Both the position numbers and the translations under genes were made by a program. Shown in pieces: positions 28,063 to 42,001 of a stretch of DNA of 64,000 nt. This stretch comes from the human T2T-CHM13v2.0 reference genome, Homo sapiens: NCBI RefSeq assembly GCF_009914755.1, contig NC_060928.1; one strand, 5' to 3'. A model generated the notes under the pieces. It made no database searches. It was not told the origin of the DNA and saw only the letters and a list, made by a program, of their open reading frames with translations. Each line of letters begins with the position of its first letter. The first letter of the stretch is position 1.

Positions 28063-28360
28063 ATAGTGTTTTATAATTCTCAAAACATTTAACCTATGTT
28101 AAAGCAGGGCTGTTATTGTTATCCCCATCTTAAAAGTGAAGAAACCATGAATCAGAGATGACAAGAATGTATCTAAGACTAAGCAGCCAATAAATAGGCA
28201 TGGAAACAAAGTCTCCTGACTTGGATTCTTTTAGAGACTGATGCTTCTTTGTTTTTCAGCGCTTCTGTAATGGCTATTTGATTAATGACATTGAACTAAT
28301 CTGTGTCATTCTGTCTCCCATCTTTTTGTACTGTGGAACTCAGTGACTGTTACCCAGAGT

Positions 28361-28673
28361 TTTTGTTGTTGTTGTTTGTTTTTAGAGACAGCATCTTGCT
28401 GCCACCCAGGCTGGAGTGCAGTGGTGCAGTCTTAGCTTACTGCAGCCTCAAACTTCTGGGCTCAAGTAATCCTCCCGCCTCAGCTTCCTGAGTAGCTGAG
28501 ATTACAGGTGTGTACAACTGTGCTTGGCTAATTTTTTATTTTTTTTGATTTTTTGTAGAGACAAGGTCTTGCTATGTTGCCCAGGCTAGGCTTGAACCCC
28601 TGGTTTCAAGTGATCTTCCGCACTTGACCTCCAGAAGTGCTGGGATTACACACGTGGACCACCCTGCCCAGCC
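28361..28673 (-). mobile_element. AluJ (antisense)
   Basis: Diverged dimeric Alu. Confidence 0.92.
28386..28507 (+). other. USP53: Probable Alu-derived 5'UTR exon (122 nt)
   Basis: T-rich tail TTGTTTTTAG| acceptor and CAG|GTGTGT donor at the classic antisense right-arm exonisation sites. Confidence 0.55.
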
Positions 28674-29192
28674 ATCACCCAGAGTTTAAAGCCAGAGTTC
28701 TTAAAAAGGGCTTGTGAGATCCCACATGATCTGTCTTTTTCCCATTTACTTTTCTCTTTGTTCACATTTCTCCTGCCACACTAGACTTTATATTACTATT
28801 TCTCCGCTATACCAGATATGCTCCAACCCTCAGTATCTTTGAGGTTTCTGTTCACTGTGCTTGGAATTCCTTCTCTTAGGTGGCTTCTTCATCCCTTTCC
28901 AATCTTTGTGCAAATGTAACCTCAATGAGACCATCGTTCATTATCCTATCTAAAAGCACAAACCATCCCACATTATATATACTTCCTATCCCCTTTTCTT
29001 AGATTGCTTTTGTTACTACTTATCATGTAACCCTTCTGGTACACTCTACAATTTATTATTCCTTAAGGTATTGTCTGCCTTTCGTCATTATAATGTTAGT
29101 TTCAGTGACTGGTTCAATACATGGCTCAAAAAATGTTGAATGAAATAATTCATCAACGAAATTCAGTTGATTAGACAAAACTGTTAGTAATA

Positions 29193-31796
29193 CAGGTATA
29201 CCACTGAGGTATTGCAGGTTTGATTCCAGACCACTGCAATAAAGCAAGTTGCAGGAATTTTTTTGTTTCCCAGTGCATATAAAAGTTATGTATACACTAT
29301 ACCACAGTCTATTAAGTGTGCAAAATAGCATTATTTCTAAAAAGACAATGTATATATCTTATTTAAAAACTATTGTTAGAAAATGCTAATGATCATTTGA
29401 GCTTTCAGTAAGTTGTAATCTTTTTGGTGGTAGAGGGTCTCGCCTTGATGTTGATGGCTGCTGACTGAATCAGGGTGATGGTTGCTGAAGGTTGAGGTGG
29501 CTGTGGCTATTAAAATAAGGCAACAATGAAGTTTGCCACATTGACTCTTCCTTTCACCAAAGATTCCTCTGTAGCATGTGACACTGTTTGATAGCATATT
29601 CCCCACCACAGATCTTCTTTCAGAACTGGGGTGGAACCCTGGCACTGCAGTAATGGTTCTAAACCCTTTGTTGTCATTTCAACAATGTGCACAGCATCTT
29701 CACCAGAAGTTGATTTCATCTCAAGAAACCACTTTCTTTGCTCAGCCGTAAGAAGCAATTCCCCTGTTCAAGTTTTATCATGAGATTGCAGCAATTCAGT
29801 CACATCTTCACACTCCACTTATAATTTTAGTTCTCTTGCTGTTTACATCCAGTTACTTTCTCCACTGAAGTCTTGAGCCCCTCAGAGTCATTCATAAGTG
29901 TTGGAATCATTAACCAAATATCCTGGTAATGTTGATATTTTGCCCTCCTCTTGTGAATCCTGATTGTTCTTTATGGCATCTAGAATGGTGAATCCTTTTC
30001 AGAAGGTTTTCAGTTTACTTTGCCCAGTTCCATCAGAGGAATCTCTTTCTGTGGCAGCTGTGGCCTTATGAAATGTGTTTCTTAAATAATGGGACTTTAA
30101 AGTCAAAATTACTCCTTGATTCATGAGCTGCAGAATGGTTATTGCAGGGATGAAAGCAACATTAATCTCTTTGTACATCACCATCAGAAATCTTGGGTAA
30201 CCAGGGGCATTGTCAATAAACAGTAATATTTTGAAAGGAATATTTTCTGAGCAGTAGGTCTTCAACTGTGAGCTTAAAATATTCAGTAAACCATGCTGTA
30301 AACAGATGTGCTGTCATCCAGGCTTTGTTGTTCCATTTGTAGAATACAGTCAGTCTAGATTTATCATGATTTTTAAGGCCCTAGAATTTTCAGAATGGTA
30401 AGTGAGCATTGGCTTCAACTTGAAGTCAACAACTGCATTATGTCCTAATAAGAGAGTCAGCCTGTGGCCAGAAAGGTGGCCGCCCCCTCGCCCGTCACGC
30501 AATGCATGTTCGTGGGGAACCTGGTGCTAAACTATTCATAGATGACCTGCTTCTGGGTCGGGGTTTTGTATGTAGCAGAGCGGCTCCCTCGCTGCTATCT
30601 ATTGAAAGTCAGCCCTCGACACAAGGGTTTGAAAAAATTAAAAAATAATTAAAAAAAAAAAAGACAGAATCAGCCTGTCCTTTGAAGCTTTGAAGCCAGG
30701 CATTGACTTCTTTCTGACTGTGAATGTCCTAGATGGCATCTTCTTCCATCTGTCAATATCACTGTCAGTCTTCAACTGTTTCTTCCACAGATGACAGTCT
30801 TCATCTGTCAAACAGTTGATGACTGTTTCTTCAACACTGAAAATCTGTTAATTAGTGTAGCCACTTTCATTAGTTATCTTAGCTAGATTTCTGGATAATT
30901 TGCTGTAGCTTCTCCATCAGCATTTGCTGACTCACCTTGTATTTTTATGTTATGGAGATGGCATCTTTCCTTAAACCTCCTGAATCAACCTCTGCTAGCT
31001 TCCTACTTTTCTTTAGCTTCCTCACCCTCTTTTTCTCAGCTTTCGTAGAATTAAAGAGCGTTAGGGCCTTGCTCTGGATTGGGCTTTGGCTTAAAGGAAT
31101 GTTGTAACTGGTTGGATCTTCTATCCAGACCACTCAAATTTTCTCACTATCAGCAATAAGGGAGTTTCACTTTCTTATCATTCAGGTGTTTATTTGAGTA
31201 ACACTTTTAATTTCCTTCAAGAGCTTTCCCTTTGCATTCACAACTTGGGTTACTTACTGCTTGATGTAGGAAGCCTACCTTTCTGCCTGTCTCAACTTTC
31301 AACATGCCTTCCTCACCAAGCTTAGTCATTTCCAGCTTTTGACTGAAAATGAGAGACATGCGACTCCTTTTACTTGAACACCTAGGGGCCATTGTAGGGT
31401 TATGAACTGACGTCATTTCAGTACTGCTGCATCTCAGGGAGTAGGGAGGCCTGAGGAAAAGAGAGAGTTGGGGAAACAGATGGTCAGTGGAGCAGTCAGA
31501 ATACACACATTCATGGATTATGCTTGCTATCGTATATGGGAGTGGTTCATATTGCCTGAAAACAATTACAATGGAAACATCAAAGATAACTTATCACAGA
31601 TCAGCATAACAGATACAGTAATAATGAAAAAGAATTACTGAAGTGTGACATAGACATGAAGTGGGCATATGCTGTTGGGAAAATGGTGCTGGTAGATTGG
31701 CTTGCTACAGGGTTGACACACACCTTCAGTTTGTTAAAAAGGCAGTATATCTGCAAAGAGCGATAAAGTAAAATGCTATAAAACAAAGTATTCTTG
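29193..31796 (-). mobile_element. Full-length decayed Tigger1 DNA transposon
   Basis: Starts TA|CAGGTATACC with a matching far end. Minus-strand ORF fragments ([66 protein letters not shown]) are Tigger1 transposase. Confidence 0.92.
30466..30662 (+). pseudogene. Retroposed 28S rRNA 3'-terminal fragment with polyA tail
   Basis: 30466-30631 matches the 28S 3' end (GACCTGCTTCTGGGTCGGGG...ATTGAAAGTCAGCCCTCGACACAAGGGTTTG), then an A-tail. TSD AGAGTCAGCCTGT/AGAATCAGCCTGT. Confidence 0.92.
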
Positions 31797-32313
31797 CATT
31801 TGTTTGTTTTTAATTCATAGGTTTAACATTTAAAGTCCTTTTAATCAGGAGTGTGCGTTTGTTGATACCATGGAAATTTAATTCACCAAGATTTATTTAT
31901 GACTTAAAGGTTTCTTTTGAATAATTATACATATCCATTTACATAAAATCTGTCTTTTTTTGGAAAAATATGATTCTATGTAAGAAGGATAACAATATAT
32001 TCTAGAGCAATTTAGTGTTGACAGATACAGCATACCAGCTGAAATATAATTTATTCTAGATTTTTGGATAATATTTTCCTTAGGAAACCATCTTTTGAAC
32101 ATTGAGCTTAAGGTAGGTAGGGATTGATGTCACATTGATATTTTAAAAATGTAAATGATGAAATTTTTAAAAATTTATATTAGAATGCTATCAGTTCTAA
32201 TCCTTTTTATGACGAGTTTTAATTCTATATTCAATATTTGTGTTCAAATGGTAAAGTTAAGAATTTTCTTATTTGCATTTGCTTTTATTTAAACTTTTTT
32301 TTCTTTTTTGTAG

Positions 32314-33008
<695 letters not shown>

Positions 33009-34329
33009 TAATTACTTATTACATTAAAAAAAATACTTTTCAGAAAATCCTTTGTTTAATGCTTCTTTAGCTCATAAATTAAAAATAAAGTTACTATAGA
33101 CTAGAATGACTTTTTAATATAACTTTAAATGGGAGCAAAAGTGTTTTGGCTGGTCATTTTGGTTTTTATAATAAATGAAAATGGTTTTTTTCAACAGACT
33201 GATGTATCACTATGATATAAATAATCTTATTTAAAAGGTTTATTTAGTAAATTAAGGACATTTTTCTAACATACACAAATGTTTTGGTTTTAATCAGCTA
33301 ACACCCCTCCCTTTGAAAAAACATCCAGTATATGGATCCCTGTAGATAGAATAAAAAGACATAAGCTGCTTGTATTGAGATAAGAATGCAGAGTTTTTGA
33401 TTTCAGTACTCAAACTCCCTTCACCTCCCACTGTGGTGTTTAAATTACCTCTGCGGAATCATCATTTGGGCTCCACTGTTTTGGTTAAATTGAAGGATAA
33501 TCCATTTTGCCTCAATCCTTGTTGAAAATCTTAATTAACCTGCTTTTCTGCCTTAGATAACTATACTTTCTTATGCTTAATAAAGTTTTTATTCAGCAGT
33601 TATAGATTTTATAGATCCTGTGTCCTTCTGACCATTGTAGAGTACTAAAGATGAGGAAGATTTAGAATACTGATAACTTTTTCTATTGACCTTAGAATAT
33701 ACCTTAAAAGAATTCATATATAATGATTCACTTTTCATATGCATTGTTTTTTCTTTTGAAAACTAATAGAGAAAAATATTGTGTTGATTAGCTCATCTGA
33801 CAAATAAACACATGTAGAATGTGTCAAGTGCACAGATATCTGACTCAGAGCTGTATTCTCAGTTGCCTTCTACCTGAGACAGATGCCAAACTTGAACGTT
33901 CTCTAACTCACCCAGCGAAAGAGAAGCAGTTGGTATTAAGAAAGCATTTATTCTAATTTACTTTAGGACACTTAAATGCTAGTGTTCTGCCCTGGCTCAA
34001 AGATCCCACTGACATTACTGTGACAAATGCAGAAAAATATTTATTCAGTGGCACTGGATATAGTGAAATATTAGATACCAAAAGACCTGGAATTAAATGC
34101 TTTTGATAGAATCAGGCTGTGAGAAAGCGTTTCTGGCATTTCAGATATTTTTCTGTTTACCCTTTTTCCTATTCTTTTTACCTTTTATGTTTTCCCCTCT
34201 GTTTCTGTCCTTTTCATTAGCACCCAAAATACTATGTATAGTTCAGAGAAACAAAACGCATATTAGAACGGGTGAAAATTTTGAGTAAGGAAACTTACAT
34301 GGATCAAAACATTGAGAAGTATTCCTATG

Positions 34330-35720
34330 GTGATGTATTTTTTTTAAGAATGAACATTCTGCTGACATTTACCATGAAGACTGTTTACTTATACATATCT
34401 GCATATTTGCCATTTCTGGTGCTCATCACTTTTTTGCATAGATCCACATTCCATCTGATATCCTTTTCTATTGCTTGAAGGATCTTTCTTGTAATACAGG
34501 TTTATTGGTGATGAATTCTTTCAGCTTTTGTATGTCTGAAAAAGATCTGTATTTCACCTTTATTTTTGAAAGATATTTTCACTCATTAAAGATGGTCCAA
34601 GTTGACATTTTTTCTTTCAGTACTTTAAAGATTTTGCTTCTCTGTGTTTTAGCTTGCATTATTCTAATGAAAAATCTAATATTCTGATCTTTGTTTCTCT
34701 GTATGTAATTTGTTCTTTTTCTCTGGGTGCTTTTAAGATTTTCTCCTTATCATTGGCTTGAAGCAATTTAATGATGTTTCTTGATATAGGTTTCTTCATG
34801 TTTCTTGTGTTTGGGTTTGTTGAGTGTCTTGGGTCTGTGCGTTTTGGATTTAAATCAAATTTGGAAACACTTTGTTATTTCTTCAAATAATTTTTCTGTC
34901 TCTTCCCTCCTTTGGGGTTTTCCAGTTACATATGTAGTGAGTTGCCTGAAGTTTTCCAGTTGTTCCACAGCTTACTGATGCTCTCTTTATTTTCTTTCTC
35001 AGTCTTTTTTTCTCTTTGTGTTTTACTTTGTGTGGTTTCTGTTACTCCATTTTCAAGTTCATTAATCTTTTCCTTTGCATTGCCTATCTGCTATTAATCC
35101 CATCCAGTGTATTTTTTGTCTTAGACATTGTAGTTTTCACTTTGAGAAGTTTTATCTTGGTCTTCTTAAAATCTCTTTCATGTCTTTACTTAGCATTTGC
35201 TAGTCTGTTGAACATGTGAAGTATAGTTGTAATAATTGTTTTTATGTACTTGTCTGCTAATTCTGTTATTTGTATAAATACTGGGTACATTTCAGTTACT
35301 TTTTTTGTTGTTGTTGTTGGATGTCAGACAAGGTTTACCTTGTCAGGTTATGGATATTTTTATATTCCCTAAAAATAATCTAGAAGTTTGTTCTGGGACA
35401 GAGTTTATTTATTTGGAAGCAGTTTGATCATTTTACTTTTAAACTTTGTTAGGCGGGACAGAGCTATGCTTATTCTTTGGTTAATTTCTCTGCTATTGAG
35501 ACTCCTTTTTCAACCATTGCTCTGTGAATTATGAAGTTTTCTACTTTGGCTGCAGGAATAGGCACCATCTTGGGCCTGTGAGCTCTGGGCACTATTCCCT
35601 CTAATCCTTTTGGGTGTTTCTTTCCCAGGCCTCAGACAGTTTCCTCATAGTACACCCCCAAATACTGGAGGAGGATCCTCTACTGATCCCTGATGTTAAC
35701 TCTCTGTGCAGCTCTCTGCA
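34330..35720 (-). mobile_element. Old L1M fragment(s)
   Basis: T-rich, with GATGAATTCTTTCAGCTTTTGTATGTCTGAAAAAG...TTTTTCTTTCAGTACTTTAAAG. Confidence 0.7.
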
Positions 35721-36312
35721 GTACTCTGCCCTGCCAACTCTAGCAGCTTTGGGGGATCTGTTGGTCTCTGTTGTCTGCCATATAAACTCATTTACATGGC
35801 TAATTCTCCCTGACAAAACAACTATTCAAATAGATTTTCTATGAGATAAGACCTTTCTTTTTGAAAATTCAGAATACAAATGTTGATTTGCAATTCGATG
35901 AATACATTTTCAAAAATGCTGAGAAATAAATTGTAGAATATGTCTTGTAAGAATTTACTAAACACAGACATTAAAATGTTTAGATCTGATATAAGACACA
36001 AAAATGAATTTACATGCCATTTCTTATTAATATTTAAGCTATTTCTTACATTATTTTCAAGTAAAGAATGTATGATGAAAGGTTTGTATTTAATGTGTGT
36101 ATAGATATGTATTGATCTTTTGGGAATAATATAAGAAATATGTATAAATATTCAAAAATAACTACATTAATTTTGTTAGGCACCATTTAAATTGCTACAT
36201 GCAAATAACGAAAAAGTGTATATTGCTAGAAACTAATTAGTTCAATAACTATCTTAAACCTTAATTTTTTAAAATAAGTGATAGAATATAATCAACATTT
36301 TAAAATGAAATG

Positions 36313-36624
36313 GGACCAGGAACAGTGGCTTACACCTGTAATCCTAGCACTTTGGGAGGCCAAGGTGGGTGGATCACTTGAGGCCAGGAGTTTGAGACCA
36401 GCTTAGCGAACATGGTGAAACCCCGTCTCTACCAAAAATAAAAAAATTAGCTGGGCGTGGTGGCAGGCACCTGTAGTTCCAGCTACTCAGGAGGCTGAGA
36501 CACAAGAATTGCTTGAACCCAGGAGGTGGAGGTTGCAGTGAGCCAAGATAGCACCATCACACTCCAGCTTGGGCAACAAAGCAAGACTCCATCTAAAAAA
36601 TAAATAAATAAAAATAAAATAAAA
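36313..36624 (+). mobile_element. AluS
   Basis: Dimeric Alu with (TAAA)n tail. Confidence 0.95.
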
Positions 36625-38434
36625 TGGATGAAGATTAACTATAATTAGGATAATTATTTTGTGATAGCGATTTGTTAAAGTAGCCTTTACAGTATTGTGT
36701 TAAAGACAATAATGTACAGGGAACTTGAAATAAATCACATAAAACATTTTATCTGTAGTTTGATCCAGTGTAACTCAGAGTTTTCGTAATCATAGAAAAC
36801 ATTCTGGTTACATTTGGAAGACTTCACTAAACTTTATAAACAGATTATAGAGGGTATTTTAGCTGAATATTTTAAACTTTTACCTAATGCAAAAACAGTA
36901 CAATTAGGTATAACATTAGTGTGATTTTAATGTCTGAGAAGGAAAGTTATTTAATACTATACTATTTAATAGCTCACATTTATTGTGTTCTTACTGCTTG
37001 TTTCAACATTGCATATGTCACCTAATTTAATCCTTACAACAGCCCTAAGAGGTAAGTACTACATTTGTCTTTATTTTACTGTTGAGAAAACTGAGTCCCA
37101 GAAAATATTTTGCCTGAGTCAGTCCAGGATTTGGTAAATAGTAAACCCAGAATTAGAAACCAGACACCTGCCTTCAGATGTTTTTTATTAACCTCAGTGG
37201 TACATTGCTTCTAAAGTTGTGCTGTCATTAATCATCTTCTTTCTTGGTAAAATGGATTTCCGTGTATTTTTTAAAATATGCTAGGATATGATACTCAAGA
37301 AAGTTATTAAACATCATCAAGTGCTTTGCAAAAACACTGAGTTATCTGTGACAGAAAAATGGATCCTATTCATTATGCTTTAATAAAAGGCAACGTTTAA
37401 AGAGAAATTTTGAAATGACCTTTAGTTGTGGAGTAGTTGAAAATATAGGAAATATTAAAGCCAGTTTGTTTTTATTAACTTTTTGTTTTTATTTGGGAGA
37501 AAGGAGAGATCATGAATAGATTTTCTTAGTTACGTTATCTGAGGACACGACTAAAAGAGAAATTTGAAGATCTTATTTGTTTGTTGTAATAGTAGTAACA
37601 GCCACAAATAGCAGCTGGTACTCATTGCATGCCAGTTGAGTACCATACCCTGCTCTAGAAACATTACATATTATTTAATCCTTACAAGAACTCTATGAGA
37701 CACAAGTACTATTCTTATCCTCATTGTCTAGAATTCAGGTTTTTCAGAATGATTTTAAGTATTGGACTGATTTGTTTTGACAGTTGCCGTCTTTGGGTTT
37801 GGTTTGTCTTTGTCTTTGCTTTGTCTTTGTCTTTTAGTAGCAGAAGATAAGTGGATAATTGCATCAAGTATATACTTAGGTAATTTATTAATGGCTGCTG
37901 CTTACTATGCTGTACCCCCATTACCACACAGGCCCCCTTTCTTGTTCCATGTACAGTGACCACATACACCTCTGCTCACCCCTTTTTCTTGCCATAATGT
38001 GCAGACCCCAATTTAGTACACTCTGGCTTTAAAGTCTAATTATATTTCCTTTCAAAATTTCAGTTTGTTCCAAGTATTATAATCACTTCCTCTTTCATGT
38101 CTCTGCCAACTTCTCTATTTAGTATTCCTTGTTTCCTGTTCAGACCAAATCCTTAATGAGGAGTTGGTTTTTCCCTGCTCCATGCTTGTCATAGTTTTTC
38201 ATGTGCACCATTAAGAGTATCTTCTGAATCCAACTTTTATATATGCACAACATGCATGTAGCAATTTTATACTTGCTGTTATTTCCAGTGGTTATGTGTG
38301 TCTGATTATGTACAGGCAATTAAAAGAAGTTACTTGTTCGCCTTTTGCAATTTGTAAAATATCTAAATCTGTCTTTTGTTACAGTAAGAAAAATTTGTTT
38401 ATTTCTTTTTCCTTAACATCTCCCTGTTTTTTAG

Positions 38435-38536
<102 letters not shown>

Positions 38537-39243
38537 TAATAGCTCTGAAAAACTACTATCAATTGTTCCTTCAAAAATTTAAGTTTGATATATTGGGTCA
38601 GTTTGTTGTAACTAAAGTTCACTGTCAGGTGATTAACAGTTTTGAAGATGAATTCTTAACAGTATGACTTATTCAGGTTTGTGTTTTCATTTTCCTCTTT
38701 TATATAAGGACAGTTAAAAATTAATATTCTAAGTAGTATAAAATTGTTAGGAACATTATCTTTTTCATTATTTTGCAATTATTCTTATTCATTTTAACAA
38801 ATGTTTTTGGAGCTACTACTGAGTTCTGGGTACCAGTGTAGTTACTGAGGATACAGCAGTGAACAAAACTGATAAAAATCCCTCTTCTCATAGAGCTTGT
38901 ATTCTTATAGAGGAGGAGACAATAATAAGAAAGCAAAATATTATAGAGTATGTTAGATGGTAATAGTTGTAACATTGGAAAAATACATCAGGGAAAGAAA
39001 ATAGGGAGTGTTGTATAGGCAGGAAAGCCTCACTGAGAAACTGATATTTGAAACGACACCTTGAAGAGCCTTCCAGGTAGACAAAGAAACAGCAACTGCA
39101 AAGGCCTTGAGGTATGAGTATACCTGATATATTTAAGGAACACCAAGGAAATATGGGTGGCGATGGCAGGAGCTTTATGAGCAAGGAAGAGAGTGGTAGA
39201 AGGTGAGCTCTGAGGTGAGGGTAGCCGAGGTGGCTTTAAAACA

Positions 39244-39705
39244 TGTCTGTGGATGCTTTTGCATGCTTCCTTATCCAAAATCTAATTCCTTGAATATAGG
39301 CTGGCCTTAATGACTGATTTCTGTCAAATAGACTATGGCAGAACTGAGGCTGCAAGCAAGATATCTGAGGTTAGGTTAGTTTAGAAAAGGTGATATAACT
39401 CTCACCCACCTCTGTCTCTTGAGTTGCTCATTCTTGGAAGTGAGCCACCATGATGAGGAAGCCAGGTGGCCATGCGGCAAGACCACGTGGAGACATTCTG
39501 GACACAGCTAGAGCTGAGTTCCCAGCCCACAGCCAGCATCAACTGCCAGACATGAAAGAGTGACCCTCAGATATTCCAGGTCCCAGCATTCAAACTGTCC
39601 AAAATGACTTCGAGTGGAGCAGAGACATGCTGTCCCCACCCAAATTGCAGATTTATGTAACTAAATTTTGGGGGTGGTTTATTTACAGAGCAATAAATAA
39701 CTATA
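39244..39705 (+). mobile_element. MLT1-type LTR
   Basis: CCCAGCCCACAGCCAGCATCAACTGCCAGACATG...TTTTGGGGGTGGTTATTTACAGAGCAATAAATAAC. Confidence 0.7.
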
Positions 39706-41341
39706 ACAGGGGTTTAGATTGTGTAGGGCCTTATAGGCCTCTGTAAGGATCGTGGCTTTTTCTCTGAGTGATTTAGGGAGATGGGGCATTGTTTTGAGTG
39801 GAAGAGTGATACAGTCTGTTTTAACCAGATATAATATTTGAACTAGATCCCTGTGGCTGCTCTGCTGAGGAAAATAGAAGGAAGACAAAGAAACAGAGCA
39901 TCCAGTATATATTAGCAACTCATTCGTGTCACTGAAATGTTTTGCCAGAGAACTTAAGATTTTGTTATACATTTTAGAGATAAATGTTTCATTTTTTTAC
40001 ATTCTTGAATATTCATAATGAACACATACACATAGACACACAGAATTTTTTTTTTTTAATGTATGTGCCTTAATTTCATTATGTTCCTGAAAAGGCTGTT
40101 TGAGTAAATCACCAAAGGAAGAAATTTTATATTCTCTTTTTTTAAGAACATGGCCAAATAGGGTTATTGTTAGGAAATGAAGAATGAACCTAGATCACAT
40201 TACAGTATCACATTTTATTTATTCCACAGTAAATTTTGAATGTTTTGTCTAATTGTAAAACCTAGGATTATTAATTTCCTAGACCAACTCTCTTGTAGCC
40301 CTGCACAGTCACCTGCCTCTTTCCTGTGCTTGCCTTCCTCTCCTCCCCTGTCAAAAACACACATAAACACATTGCATTTTAGCCAAACTGGGCTCTATTT
40401 CTCAGAGCTGATCCCCACCTCAAAGTCTTCTCATTGTTATTCCTTTTGTCTGGAATGCTTTTCTTCCAGATGTCCTCATGGCTAACACCCTTATTTCCTT
40501 TATGCCTCTCCTCAAATGTTACTTTTCCATTAGTGAGGCCTTCCCCGACTACCCTAGGTAAAAGGTAAGCTGCTTCCATCTGTAATATCCCTGGCATTCC
40601 TATCCCCGTTACACTGCTTTATTTTTCTCTCTTGTATCTATTTTTCTCTACTGTACTTATCACATTCTGATGTTATATAATTACTTCTTTGCCTTCTCAT
40701 TACTATAACTAGAATATAGGCTCCATGTGGGCAGGGTTGTCATCCATTTTTCTAGGGTAGAACAATGCCTAACATATACGAGGGAGGCAAAAAATATATG
40801 TTGAATCAATGAGTGACAGTCTCGCATAGGATTAAAAATCTTAAACATTACCTGGAAGTTAATTGCCTAAATAAGAGATAAAATCTGAAAGTTATTTTTC
40901 ATCTTTTACTATTCATAATTTTAGCTACTATAATGGCTAAAATAATTATAGTTCTGGGTATCTAATATCAGATGACATCTGTTTTTTTATTTCTTATTTT
41001 ATTTATAAATTGTATTTTTTTGCTGTAGTGAAACAGATTTGTGAAATGTTTTCTTTGTATGTTGATCTTAAAAAAATATTTTTTTTTTGAGATGACATGA
41101 CCCTTTGAGCTAACATGGGACTGAATGTGACCAATACTACTTTGGTGGGCTGTCATTGAAAACTTTTCTTTCTTCCATGTAAGATGATTGTCATAAAATT
41201 GGAATTTATTAAAATGTTTTTTCTTGCTTAAGTTTAATAAGGAAAATTGAAAATCATATTAACAACTATAATCTCATATTTCCAGTTTCTTAGGTTTAGA
41301 TTAGAAACTGAATGATGTTTCCAGTTTCTTAATTTAGATTA

Positions 41342-41749
41342 GAAATACAGGTTGGGTATCTCTTGTCTGAAATGCTCAGGACCAGCAGTGTCCTCTGAGG
41401 GTGGGACCTGGGAACCCTACATGTTTAATTCTTGTGTCTGCTAACATTTGATTTAGAGGCTGGTGCAAACATTTCTACACTTGATGATACAAATAATTAA
41501 TTTTTGTATGAAATTTTAGAGCAAAAGACTTCTGTATTATTTTCCGAAATACAGGTTGGGTATCTCTTGTCTGAAATGCTCAGGACCAGCAGTGTCCTCT
41601 GAGGGTGGGACCTGGGAACCCTACATGTTTAATTCTTGTGTCTGCTAACATTTGATTTAGAGGCTGGTGCAAACATTTCTACACTTGATGATACAAATAA
41701 TTAATTTTTGTATGAAATTTTAGAGCAAAAGACTTCTGTATTATTTTCC
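41342..41749. repeat. 204-bp direct tandem duplication (41342-41545 / 41546-41749)
   Basis: Two copies identical by eye, GAAATACAGGTTGGG...TATTATTTTCC; the unit begins with a MER46/Tigger4-like end. Confidence 0.95.
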
Positions 41750-41794
41750 AAGTATAGTGTTTTGAGTTTCTCTGTGTTGTAATGAAATTACTGA

Positions 41795-42001
<207 letters not shown>

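Noticed and set aside
30466-30631. Functional rRNA gene
   Set aside because: Only about 166 nt, mutated, with polyA and TSD, so a retrocopy
29376-31506. Possible domesticated Tigger transposase (TIGD1-like) gene
   Set aside because: Broken by stops, frameshifts and the rRNA insertion
41279-41749. CRISPR-like repeat array
   Set aside because: Two-copy tandem duplications without unique spacers, in a eukaryotic intron
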